Below, one piece after another: positions 18,669 to 26,580 of a stretch of DNA of 32,000 nucleotides (position 1 is the first letter of the stretch; the number at the start of each line of letters is the position of its first letter). Under the pieces are notes generated by a model. The model searched no databases. It saw nothing but the letters and a program-made list of their open reading frames with translations, and was not told where the DNA came from. A program made the position numbers and the translations under genes. This DNA comes from Horticoccus luteus (GTDB lineage: Bacteria; Verrucomicrobiota; Verrucomicrobiia; Opitutales; Opitutaceae). Location: positions 1,110,001-1,142,000 of the forward strand of contig NZ_CP080507.1 of assembly GCF_019464535.1 (NCBI RefSeq). The letters run 5' to 3'.

Positions 18669-19120
18669 ACAAACGCTGGCAGGTATTTGTGGCATGCCTC
18701 GGGATTTTTGCCGCGGGGGCGCTCTGCGGCGGAGTGGTGGCCTTGCGGTATTCGCGAGGCAGCGGCGGCTGGCACGCCATGGAGCGTGGCCACATCGCGA
18801 AGCAACTGCTGGACCGCTGGACGACGGAATTGAATTTGACGCCGGAGCAGCAGGAGAAAATCCGGCCGATTCTGCTGCGTGGCGATGACGAGATGCGGAA
18901 GTTGCGCAGCGAATCGTTTCGCAACGGCACCGCGGTGATGGAGCGCATGCAGGCTGAAGTTTCGGCCGTGTTGTCGCCGGATCAACGGACCAAACTTGAG
19001 GAGTTGCAGGAGCGGTTCCGGCGCCGACTGAATACGCGCAAGCCCCGCGAAGGTCGCGGCGAGGGACGGCCGTCCAAAGGCGCGGGCGAGTCGCCGCCAG
19101 CGCCGCCTCCGGAGTCCTGA
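18665..19120 (+). CDS. Periplasmic LTXXQ-motif protein (Spy/CpxP/ZraP-like)
   Basis: The ATG overlaps the preceding stop (ATGA at 18665-18668). Features are an N-terminal anchor/signal (VFVACLGIFAAGALCGGVV), two LTXXQ-type motifs (LTPEQQEK, LSPDQRTK) in helical charged sequence, and a basic/Pro-rich tail. Confidence 0.65.
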   Translation: MNKRWQVFVACLGIFAAGALCGGVVALRYSRGSGGWHAMERGHIAKQLLDRWTTELNLTPEQQEKIRPILLRGDDEMRKLRSESFRNGTAVMERMQAEVSAVLSPDQRTKLEELQERFRRRLNTRKPREGRGEGRPSKGAGESPPAPPPES

Positions 19121-19159
19121 AATAGCGCTTGCGCAGCGGCAGACGCCGCGCATGGTTCG

Positions 19160-19263
19160 CGCCGGCCAGGTCCTGTGCAAGGGCAGGCGCGTGAACTCCG
19201 CCAGGGCCGGAAGGCAGCAACGGTAACGACGTCCTCCTTGTGCCGCAGGGTGCCTGGCCACTT
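19160..19263 (+). ncRNA. ffs: Signal recognition particle RNA (small, 4.5S-type)
   Basis: Hand-folded. Closing helix: GGCCAGG (19164-70) pairs with CCTGGCC (19253-59). Apical GCC-GGAA-GGC stem with a GNRA tetraloop (19206-19215). Flanking conserved symmetric loop: CCAGG (5' side) and AGCAA (3' side), then CCG/CGG. This matches SRP domain IV (compare E. coli ..CAGGUCCGGAAGGAAGCAGCC..). A T-rich tract follows (CTTTTATTTT). Confidence 0.85.
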
Positions 19264-19316
19264 TTATTTTGGAATTTGATTTTCGCTTTGGCGGATTGGC
19301 GTTTTAGCTACCAGCA

Positions 19317-20465
19317 GTGTCTTCCTCGAGTTACCAAGTCATCGCGCGCAAGTGGCGTCCGCAGACCTTTGACGATGTCGTCGGGCAGGACCATGTGGTG
19401 CGCACGTTGAAGAATGCCATCGCGCGCAACCGGATTGCGCACGCCTACCTCTTCGTCGGGCCGCGGGGCACGGGGAAAACCTCGACCGCGCGCATTTTCG
19501 CGAAAGCCCTCAACTGCACGGGCGGCCCCAACGCCGATTTCGACCCGAACGATCCGGCCTGTCTGGCGATCGCCGACGGTTCGCATCTCGACGTGATGGA
19601 GATCGATGGCGCTTCGAACAACGGCGTCGATCAGGTGCGCGATCTGCGCGATACCGTGCAATACGCGCCGGCGCAGGGAAAATACAAAGTCTACATCATC
19701 GACGAAGTGCACATGCTCTCGGCCCAGGCGTTCAATGCCCTGCTGAAGACGCTGGAAGAGCCGCCGGAGCACGTGAAGTTCGTGTTCGCCACGACCGATC
19801 CGCAGAAGGTGCTGCCCACGATTGTCTCGCGGTGCCAGCGCTTCGATCTAAAGCCCATTCCGCCGGCCCTCATCGTGGAACGGCTGAAGAAAATCGGTGC
19901 GGCCGAAGGCATCAAGGCGAGCGACGCCGCGCTGCAATCGATCGCCCGCATGGCGGATGGCGGCATGCGCGATGCGCAGTCGATTTTCGATCAGATGATT
20001 TCGTTTTGTGGCAACGAAATCGGCGAGGCCGACGTGCTCGATGTCTATGGCCTCGTCGCCGCAGAAAAGGTGGCCGAACTTGCCGCGGCAGTGGCGGCCG
20101 GAGATCACCAGAAATTGGTGGCGATTATCGACGAGTGCGACCGCAACGGGCGCGACTTGGTGCGCTTGCTCGCCGATCTGCAGGCGCTGGTGCGTGATGC
20201 GTTGATTGATGCGATCGCGCAAGGCGGACGGACCGGGAAACTCGGCGTCCTCATGACGACCGAGCAAATGACCCGGCTGCTCGACGGATTGCGCGAAGGC
20301 GAGGGCGACGTGAAGCTCGGGCTCGCAGAAAAGATCAATTTCGAAGTCACGCTGCTCAAAGCCGTGGAGGCGAGTCGCGCGCGAGCGATCGACAGCTTGA
20401 TCAAGGAGCTTTCCGCGCTGGCGGACGAGTCACCGAGCGCGGGCGACGAAAAAAAAAAGGCCTGA
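19317..20465 (+). CDS. dnaX: DNA polymerase III subunit gamma/tau, zero-frame (gamma-length) product
   Basis: The GTG at 19317 is the first start after an in-frame TAG. Walker [10 protein letters not shown], Walker B IIDEVHML, sensor/SRC VSRCQRF. The zero frame ends ..GDEKKKA* immediately after an A10 run. Confidence 0.9.
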   Translation: MSSSSYQVIARKWRPQTFDDVVGQDHVVRTLKNAIARNRIAHAYLFVGPRGTGKTSTARIFAKALNCTGGPNADFDPNDPACLAIADGSHLDVMEIDGASNNGVDQVRDLRDTVQYAPAQGKYKVYIIDEVHMLSAQAFNALLKTLEEPPEHVKFVFATTDPQKVLPTIVSRCQRFDLKPIPPALIVERLKKIGAAEGIKASDAALQSIARMADGGMRDAQSIFDQMISFCGNEIGEADVLDVYGLVAAEKVAELAAAVAAGDHQKLVAIIDECDRNGRDLVRLLADLQALVRDALIDAIAQGGRTGKLGVLMTTEQMTRLLDGLREGEGDVKLGLAEKINFEVTLLKAVEASRARAIDSLIKELSALADESPSAGDEKKKA

Positions 20466-20875
20466 TCGGCCGGCTTGAGGAGCGGCTCACGGCCGCGCTT
20501 CTGAGCAGCGCCGAAACCGCGGGTGGCGCGGCCGTGGTTGCAATCGTGGCGGCAGACGAGGAAGCCGCCGAGGTGGCGGGGCGTCGCCCACCAGTCGCGC
20601 AACCCGAGACCGCGACGACGGGAAGCGGGGACGATGAGCCGCCGAACTGGCCTGACGAATCGGTGGAGTCGGCGTTTTTGGCCGAAGCCAGCGCACGCGG
20701 CGAGGCGGTGACGCCCGCGCAGCCCACTGATAATGCGAGCCGCGAACCGCTGCCTGGTTTGGACGAGCTGGTGCAGCGTGTGCCCGTGGAAGTGCGTGCC
20801 GTGCTGGACGAGTTGTTTCGCGCCCGCTTCGTCAGCGTGCAACGCGTGCCGGAGTCAGCTTTGAAGCGAGGCTGA
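20450..20875 (+). CDS. dnaX: -1 frame continuation of dnaX (putative tau C-terminal extension) reached from the A10 / A AAA AAG site
   Basis: I translated the -1 frame by hand from 20450. It has no stop until the TGA at 20873-20875 ([23 protein letters not shown]...[24 protein letters not shown]). Third codon positions are strongly G/C, like real genes here. The listed GTG-started ORF 20534..20875 is the tail of this frame. Confidence 0.55.
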   Translation, partial: KKKGLIGRLEERLTAALLSSAETAGGAAVVAIVAADEEAAEVAGRRPPVAQPETATTGSGDDEPPNWPDESVESAFLAEASARGEAVTPAQPTDNASREPLPGLDELVQRVPVEVRAVLDELFRARFVSVQRVPESALKRG

Positions 20876-20878
20876 CGG

Positions 20879-21232
20879 CTAACCGCGCCACGTGTCGCCC
20901 AGCGGTCGGCGCCCTTCGACGTTGCGGAGGTAGTAATACGTTTCCACCGACGCGCTTTCAAACGGTGGCGCCAAGGCGATAAGCTCACGGGCGTAAAGTC
21001 CTTCCGCCACGCCTTCGAATTCGTCGAGGACCAGGCTTTGCGGCGCGTTCACATCCCAAACCTCACCGGTCACGCCAGCGGCGTGGGGGGCGGCGATGAG
21101 GCCAGGGTAGCCGTCGAGGGCAAAGAGCGTGAAGCCGCGGACGGTGCGGGCTTCGCCGATGAATCGTTGCTGGGCGAGCAACCCATGGTTGGCGCCGCCG
21201 CGCTTCAATGTGCCATAGACGAAGAGCAGCAT
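20879..21232 (-). CDS. Gamma-glutamylcyclotransferase-like (AIG2/GGACT/YtfP family) protein
   Basis: N-terminal FVYGTLKRGGANH motif and ..LDEFEG.. with the family's acidic residue; 117 aa. The start shares one nucleotide with the PP2C stop (TGATG). Confidence 0.85.
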   Translation of the reverse strand: MLLFVYGTLKRGGANHGLLAQQRFIGEARTVRGFTLFALDGYPGLIAAPHAAGVTGEVWDVNAPQSLVLDEFEGVAEGLYARELIALAPPFESASVETYYYLRNVEGRRPLGDTWRG

Positions 21233-22113
21233 CAGCCGGCGGCTACGGTTGCCGGGGCGGGTTCGCCGGCGATGATTTCAACGACGACAGCGGTGGTGTT
21301 GTCCCGGCCCGAGCGTTCGAGTGATTCATCGACGAGATGTTGGGCCAGGGTGCGACCCGGGGGAAGGGGACCAGCGAGCATTTCTTGCAAGTGCCGATCC
21401 CACAGGCCGTCGGTCAAGCCGTCGGAGCAGATCAGGAAACGGTCGCCGGGAGCGTAGTCCACGGCGCCAATTTGCGGGTCGACGAATTGATGGCCGGCAC
21501 CGAGGGCTTGGTTGAGGGCGTTGCGCATCGGATGGGTGCGCGCTTCGCGCTCGTTGAGGCGGCCGTTGCGCCGCAACCAGCCAACGTGCGAATGATCCTG
21601 CGTGAGCTGCTTGAGTTCACCGGTGTGCGAGAGGCGGTAGATGCGACTGTCGCCGATATGGCCGAAGTAGATCCAACCGGGCGTGACCCAGCACAGGCTC
21701 AGCGTGGTCCCCATGCCGCTGCATTCTTCGTAGCTCGCGCCCAGGCTGATCAGGGATTGATGGATCGTGCCGAAGAGCTCCGAGAGGACGTCGGCGAACG
21801 GGGTTTTCATGCCGAGGGCCGTGAGGCGGAAGGCGCGGGGCAGAAGGTGGGACGTCTTTTCGACGGTGATGCGGCTGGCGAATTCGCCTGATTTGGCGCC
21901 GCCCATCCCGTCGCTGACGGCGAAGACAAAGTCGGCGCCGGTGAGAGAGGCTTCTCCGGTTTTGCCGAGGTAACGCACCTCGTGGCCGTCGAAAGCGAGG
22001 GCGAGGAAAGAGTCTTCGTTGTTGGGCCGCACTTTACCGCGATGGGTGATGCCGGACCAGCGGAGGATGACGGGCGGCGGAGGGGAATCGGCCTCGGCGG
22101 GCATGGTGCTCAT
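21232..22113 (-). CDS. PP2C-family Ser/Thr protein phosphatase
   Basis: PPM motifs RPNNEDS, VSDGMGG, GHIGDSRIY, ICSDGLTD, DNTTAVVV; 293 aa. Confidence 0.9.
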   Translation of the reverse strand: MSTMPAEADSPPPPVILRWSGITHRGKVRPNNEDSFLALAFDGHEVRYLGKTGEASLTGADFVFAVSDGMGGAKSGEFASRITVEKTSHLLPRAFRLTALGMKTPFADVLSELFGTIHQSLISLGASYEECSGMGTTLSLCWVTPGWIYFGHIGDSRIYRLSHTGELKQLTQDHSHVGWLRRNGRLNEREARTHPMRNALNQALGAGHQFVDPQIGAVDYAPGDRFLICSDGLTDGLWDRHLQEMLAGPLPPGRTLAQHLVDESLERSGRDNTTAVVVEIIAGEPAPATVAAG

Positions 22114-22526
22114 GCGGATAAATCGGTCGGTTTGAGCGAGCGCGGTTCTTCTCCTTCGAGGAGGGTGGCGAACTCCAGGTCAATCAGGCAGAAACGGCCG
22201 TCGCTGATGCGGTAGGTGATATTGCGCAATTCGGGATCTTCATGGCGGACGCCGTAGTTCTCCAAGTCGGCGAACAACTCTTTTTGCCGCTCGGGAGCGA
22301 GATGGTCCACGCGCTGGCCGCAGTTGGTGGTGACGATTTTCAAGGCGTCGGGATCAACCTCGAGCAACCGCGGGACGTAGTCGCAGCCGCGGGCTTCGAG
22401 GTGGCGCAGAACGCGCACCTCGTGCGCAAAACGTTCCTTGGCCAGATGGCCGCGAAACGTCTTGTGCACGCGGCCATCGTAGCCGATGCGGACCAAGGCG
22501 CGGCGCGTATCCTTCACGTCTTGCAT
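22110..22526 (-). CDS. Minimal protein-kinase-like (PKL fold) protein, 138 aa
   Basis: Ordered kinase-like motifs: VHKTF (beta3 Lys), AHEVRVLRHLE (alphaC Glu), RHEDPELRNI (HxDxxxxN catalytic loop), CLIDLEFA (metal-binding Asp, as in RIO/Kdo-kinase IDF). Only about 20 aa follow, so there is no C-lobe. The stop overlaps the PP2C start (ATGA at 22110-22113). Confidence 0.55.
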   Translation of the reverse strand: MQDVKDTRRALVRIGYDGRVHKTFRGHLAKERFAHEVRVLRHLEARGCDYVPRLLEVDPDALKIVTTNCGQRVDHLAPERQKELFADLENYGVRHEDPELRNITYRISDGRFCLIDLEFATLLEGEEPRSLKPTDLSA

Positions 22527-22636
22527 GTAAGAGGGGTGGTTGTGAAGGGCCCGCAGAAGACGGGCAAGCGCGAGATTTGGAGAAGGCGGCAGGCAACTTC
22601 AGGAGATGGCCAGAGCGCGAAAAAAGCCGAAGACGT

Positions 22637-22652
22637 TGGCATGCGAGCTGCT
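22637..22652 (+). promoter_or_regulatory. Candidate sigma-54 (-24/-12) promoter upstream of glnII
   Basis: TGGCAT-GCGAG-CTGCT has GG and GC at the canonical spacing of TGGCAC-N5-TTGCW. It lies about 100 nt upstream of the glnII ATG. Nitrogen-assimilation genes are classic RpoN/NtrC targets. Confidence 0.4.
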
Positions 22653-22749
22653 GATTTGGGGCGTGGGTGAGTGTCGTTTTCAGTCGGGCTGTTTTGCGGC
22701 TCGACGAGGATGGCGAAACCCTCCCAATACAACTCCTCCTCCGCTCCTC

Positions 22750-23784
22750 ATGTCGAAAATCAAACTGGAATACATCTGGCTCGACGGCTACACGCCGCTC
22801 GCCGGCCTGCGCAGCAAAACGAAGATCATCGATGGCGACGTCGCCTCGCTGACGCTTGCCGATCTCCCGATGTGGGGTTTTGACGGCAGCTCGACCAAAC
22901 AGGCCGAAGGCAAGAGCAGCGATTGCTTGCTGAAGCCGGTGGGCTTGTTCCGCGATTGCACCCGCACGAACGCGTTTCTCGTGATGTCGGAGGTGTTGCT
23001 GCCGGACGGTTCGCCGCATCCGTCGAACGCGCGGGCGACGGTCGCGGAGGATCCCGACACGTGGTTCGGTTTCGAGCAGGAATACTTTTTCTACCAGGAC
23101 GGGCGCCCGCTCGGATTTCCGGAGAACGGCTACCCGGCGCCGCAAGGGCCGTATTACACGGGCGTCGGTTACTCGAGCGTGGGCTGCGTCGCGCGCGAAA
23201 TCGTCGAGAAGCACATCGATATCTGCCTGGCGGCGAACATTAACATCGAAGGCGTCAATGCTGAGGTCGCGAAAGGGCAGTGGGAGTTCCAGATCTTTGG
23301 CAAGGGCTCGAAGAGCGCCGCCGACGAGATGTGGGTGGCGCGCTACATCATGATGCGCTTGTGCGAGAGCTACGGGATTGACGTGGAATGGCGCTGCAAG
23401 CCGATCCGCGGCGCGTTTGACACGCCGCTCGATTGGAACGGTTCCGGCATGCACGCCAACTTCTCCACGAAGCACCTGCGCGAGGTCGGCGGGAAGGCTT
23501 ACTTCGAAAAACTCATGGCTGCGTTCAGCAAGCATATGGACGAGCACATTGCGGTTTACGGGCCGGAGAATCATCTCCGTCTCACCGGTCTGCACGAGAC
23601 GCAGTCGATCGACAAATTCACCTACGGGCTCGCCGATCGCGGTGCCTCGATCCGCGTGCCGCACAGTTTCGTCAACTCGGGCTACAAGGGGTACCTCGAA
23701 GATCGCCGTCCCAACTCGGCGGCGGATCCGTATCTCGTCGCTGGTCGGATCATCAAAACGATCCATTCGGTCCCCACGAACTGA
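22750..23784 (+). CDS. glnII: Glutamine synthetase type II (eukaryote-like GSII)
   Basis: The N-terminus MSKIKLEYIWLDGYTPLAGLRSKTKI is the typical start of bacterial GlnII. Also ..GFEQEYFF.., ..NAEVAKGQWEFQI.., ..WNGSGMHANFS.., ..EDRRPNSAADPY..; 344 aa. The upstream 48 codons of the listed ORF are not GS-like. Confidence 0.9.
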   Translation: MSKIKLEYIWLDGYTPLAGLRSKTKIIDGDVASLTLADLPMWGFDGSSTKQAEGKSSDCLLKPVGLFRDCTRTNAFLVMSEVLLPDGSPHPSNARATVAEDPDTWFGFEQEYFFYQDGRPLGFPENGYPAPQGPYYTGVGYSSVGCVAREIVEKHIDICLAANINIEGVNAEVAKGQWEFQIFGKGSKSAADEMWVARYIMMRLCESYGIDVEWRCKPIRGAFDTPLDWNGSGMHANFSTKHLREVGGKAYFEKLMAAFSKHMDEHIAVYGPENHLRLTGLHETQSIDKFTYGLADRGASIRVPHSFVNSGYKGYLEDRRPNSAADPYLVAGRIIKTIHSVPTN

Positions 23785-23812
23785 TCGGGCGAGCGGACGG
23801 TTGCTCTCTTCC

Positions 23813-23847
23813 AGCGGCGTTGCCTTCGCGGGCGACGCCGCTTTTTT
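23813..23847 (+). terminator. Rho-independent terminator of glnII
   Basis: AGCGGCGT (23813-20) pairs with ACGCCGCT (23835-42), with further inner pairing (GCC/GGC), followed by TTTTTT (23842-47). Confidence 0.7.
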
Positions 23848-23851
23848 GCGC

Positions 23852-23882
23852 AAAAAAGCCGGGCCGCGGTGAGCGGCCCGGC
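23852..23882 (-). terminator. Rho-independent terminator of ilvB (convergent partner of the glnII terminator)
   Basis: A 10-bp stem, GCCGGGCCGC (23858-67) with GCGGCCCGGC (23873-82), followed on the minus strand by T6 (A-run 23852-57 on the plus strand), 26 nt after the ilvB stop. Confidence 0.65.
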
Positions 23883-23908
23883 GAAGGGCAGGGGCGACGG
23901 GCGCCGGG

Positions 23909-25684
23909 TTACTTGAGGAGCATTTCCTTCACGCTTTTCCCGGCGGGAATCATCGGCAGCACGTGCTCGGTGTAGGGCACGACCACGTCGAGGACATAGG
24001 GGCCATCGTGATCGAGCATCTCCTGGATGGCCTCTTTCAATTCGCTCTTTTTGATCACCCGCCGGCCTTTTACGCCGTAGCCTTCGGCGATTTTCACGAA
24101 GTTGGGGTAGAGCGCGTCGGGGTTATCCGGGCTGCCGACGTTGGTCTCGTCGCCGAGGATGGTGTTGCCGCGCACGCTGCCGTAGAAGCGATCTTCCCAC
24201 TGCACCACCATGCCGAGATGCTGGTTGTTCAGGATCATCGCCTTGGCGGCGATTTTTTCGATTTTGGCGGTCGCGAGCTCCTGGATGTTCATCGCGAAGG
24301 AGCCGTCGCCGTCGATGTCGATGACTTGCTTGTCCGGGCAGCCGACTTTCGCGCCGAGGGCGGCGGGATAACCGAAGCCCATCGCGCCGAGGCCCAGCGA
24401 GCTGAGGTAGCGGCGCGGTTCATCGAAACGATAGAACTGCGCGGCCCACATCTGGTGCTGGCCCACGCCGGTGGCGATGATGGCGTCACCCTTGGTGAGT
24501 TCATAGAGCGCTTTAATCGCTTCTTGCGGGACGATGTGCGGGCTCTCTTCAAAGCTGAAGGGATGGTCGCGCTTCCAGGTGGCGATTTGAGCGTGCCAGG
24601 CCTGAGTGTCGGGCGCCGTGAACTTGGCGGCGGCCATCAGCTCGTTCATGCGGGCGAGCGCATACTTGATGTCGCTCACGATCGGCCATTGGACGCGCTT
24701 GTTCTTGTTGTGCTCAGACGCGTCGATGTCGATGTGGACGATGCGGGCTTCGGGCGCGAAGGTCTTCGTGTCGCCCGTGATGCGATCGTCGAAACGCGCG
24801 GCGAAGCACAGGAGGAGGTCGCACTGATCGACGGCCCAGTTGCCGTAGGCTGATCCGTGCATGCCGAACCATTGCATCGACAGGGGATGCGTTTCGGGGA
24901 AAGCGCCGACCCCCATCAACGTGGTGGCCACGGGAATGTTGGTGCGTTCGGCAAAGGCGCGCAGTTCGGCATGACCATCCGCCGAGATGATGCCGCCGCC
25001 CGCGTAGATCACCGGGCGCTGGGCGTGCGCGATGAGCGCGAGCACGTCCTTCAACTCTTCGTCGCTGGCGTGGTGTTGGAGGTTGATGTAAGGATTTCGA
25101 AACTCCACGACGCCCGGAAACACGGGTTGAAACTTCGCTTGCTGCACATCCTTCGGGATATCGATGACGACCGGTCCGGGCCGGCCGCTGCGGGCGATTT
25201 CGAACGCCTCCTTGAAGATGCGCGGCAGCTCGCGCACGTCGGTGATCAGATACGAGTGCTTCACGATCGGGAGCGTCATCCCGTAGAAATCCGTTTCCTG
25301 GAAGGCGCTCTTGCCGATGAATTTTTGGAAAACCTGGCCGGTGATCGACACGAGCGGAATGGAATCCATGAACGCATCGGCGATGGCCGACACGAGGTTC
25401 GTGGCTCCGGGACCGCTGGTCGCCATGCACACGCCGACTTTGCCGGTCGCGCGGGCGTAACCTTCGGCCGCAAACGAGCCGCCTTGTTCGTGGCGCGGGA
25501 GGATGACCCGAATCTTGTCGGTGCGGGCGAGCGACTGGTGCAGCTCCTGCGAGGCGCCACCGGGATAGGCGAAGACGACGTCGACGCCCTCGCGGATGAG
25601 GCACTCGACAACAGCGTCGGCGCCCTTCATTTCGCGGCCGATCTCGGCCTTCGGAAACGTAGCGGGGGAGGTCGTGGTTTTCAT
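23909..25684 (-). CDS. ilvB: Acetolactate synthase (acetohydroxyacid synthase) large subunit
   Basis: From the ATG at 25684 ([36 protein letters not shown]..), with the ThDP motif ..[22 protein letters not shown]..; about 591 aa. Confidence 0.93.
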   Translation of the reverse strand: MKTTTSPATFPKAEIGREMKGADAVVECLIREGVDVVFAYPGGASQELHQSLARTDKIRVILPRHEQGGSFAAEGYARATGKVGVCMATSGPGATNLVSAIADAFMDSIPLVSITGQVFQKFIGKSAFQETDFYGMTLPIVKHSYLITDVRELPRIFKEAFEIARSGRPGPVVIDIPKDVQQAKFQPVFPGVVEFRNPYINLQHHASDEELKDVLALIAHAQRPVIYAGGGIISADGHAELRAFAERTNIPVATTLMGVGAFPETHPLSMQWFGMHGSAYGNWAVDQCDLLLCFAARFDDRITGDTKTFAPEARIVHIDIDASEHNKNKRVQWPIVSDIKYALARMNELMAAAKFTAPDTQAWHAQIATWKRDHPFSFEESPHIVPQEAIKALYELTKGDAIIATGVGQHQMWAAQFYRFDEPRRYLSSLGLGAMGFGYPAALGAKVGCPDKQVIDIDGDGSFAMNIQELATAKIEKIAAKAMILNNQHLGMVVQWEDRFYGSVRGNTILGDETNVGSPDNPDALYPNFVKIAEGYGVKGRRVIKKSELKEAIQEMLDHDGPYVLDVVVPYTEHVLPMIPAGKSVKEMLLK

Positions 25685-25811
25685 AGGCAAATTGGAGACA
25701 AACGGTCCCGAGCTAAAGCCCGCGGAGGGGCGGCATGCAAGCACCTGTTCAGGCGAGTTTGATTATGACAAACCGGGCCGGCCCGAGAGCGCGCGGAGAA
25801 AGGATCCCTTA

Positions 25812-26570
25812 TCAATGGCGCCGGTAGTCACCACGGCTGAAATATTTCTCGAGCCAGACGTAGGCGCAGATGAAGAAATAGCGGCTGCCCATTTCCTTGA
25901 TCTTGAGCTTGGCCTCGCCGTATTTGCGATTTTGCCAGGAGATGGGCGTGATCGTGTAATTGAAGCCGCGCACGATCGCCTTCAGCGGCAGTTCGACCGT
26001 GAGATTGAAATGCGGCGACAGGAAGGGGCGACAGCCGTCGATCACCGTGCGGCGATAAGCTTTGAAGGCGTTGGTCGTGTCGTTCAGGCGGAGGCGAAAC
26101 GCGATGCGAACGAGCAGGTTGGCGAGGCGGTTGATGTAGAGTTTCAGCCGCGGATAATCGATCACGCGCGAGCCGGCGATGAAGCGGCTGCCAAACGCGC
26201 AGTCGAAGCCTTCGTTGAGCAGTTGCCAGTATTTCACCGCGTCGACCGGCGAGTCGGAAGCATCGGCCATCATGATGACCACGGCGTCACCGCGACTGTG
26301 ATCCAAGCCCCACACGACGGCCCGGCCGTAGCCGTGCAGGCCGGTGTTCTGGGTGGGGGCCAAAGTCGGAATCTCAGCGCGCATCTCCTGGAGAACCGCC
26401 CACGTGCGGTCGCGGCTCGCATCGTCAACGACGACGATCTCGTGCGGCACGCCCGCGCGCTGCAGTTCCGCATAGAGTTCGCGCAGGGTCGGCGGAAGCG
26501 ACTCTTCCTCATCGTGGGCCGGAATCACGATGCTGAACAGGTTCAGCGGCAGGGAGGCAGCAGAGGGCAT
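25812..26570 (-). CDS. Family 2 glycosyltransferase, polyprenyl-phosphate sugar synthase-like (Dpm1/GtrB/ArnC type)
   Basis: ..FSIVIPAHDEEESL.., ..IVVVDDASRDRT.., ..VVIMMADASDSP... The ATG at 26570 lies 10 nt after the upstream gene stop. The longer ORF start would overlap that gene with Arg/Pro-rich sequence. Confidence 0.85.
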   Translation of the reverse strand: MPSAASLPLNLFSIVIPAHDEEESLPPTLRELYAELQRAGVPHEIVVVDDASRDRTWAVLQEMRAEIPTLAPTQNTGLHGYGRAVVWGLDHSRGDAVVIMMADASDSPVDAVKYWQLLNEGFDCAFGSRFIAGSRVIDYPRLKLYINRLANLLVRIAFRLRLNDTTNAFKAYRRTVIDGCRPFLSPHFNLTVELPLKAIVRGFNYTITPISWQNRKYGEAKLKIKEMGSRYFFICAYVWLEKYFSRGDYRRH

Positions 26571-26580
26571 GCGGCGCAGA

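Noticed and set aside
18578-19261. Minus-strand ORFs (227 aa and 185 aa) covering the LTXXQ gene and the ffs region
   Set aside because: They overlap a well-supported plus-strand gene and the SRP RNA, and their translations are low-complexity.
20488-20536. Perfect 11-bp inverted repeat (CACGGCCGCGC / GCGCGGCCGTG) downstream of the dnaX A-run, considered as a frameshift-stimulating hairpin
   Set aside because: It starts about 30 nt after the slippery site with a 27-nt loop. Known stimulators sit about 5-9 nt downstream, so I do not count it as supporting evidence, though it is real in the sequence.
20534-20875. Stand-alone 113-aa gene starting at the GTG at 20534
   Set aside because: The frame is open continuously back through the dnaX A-run, and the sequence looks like a tau linker and C-terminal region. 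It is better explained as the -1 frame continuation of dnaX than as an independent gene, although an independent gene is not excluded.
22354-23853. 499-aa minus-strand ORF spanning the glnII region
   Set aside because: An Arg-rich shadow ORF. It would run through the glnII terminator and the intergenic region, and the plus strand encodes a complete GSII.
23909-25684. ilvB without an adjacent ilvN small-subunit gene, and leuA and ilvB located apart
   Set aside because: Scattered branched-chain amino acid genes are common. The small subunit may be encoded elsewhere, and nothing in the sequence suggests anything unusual.
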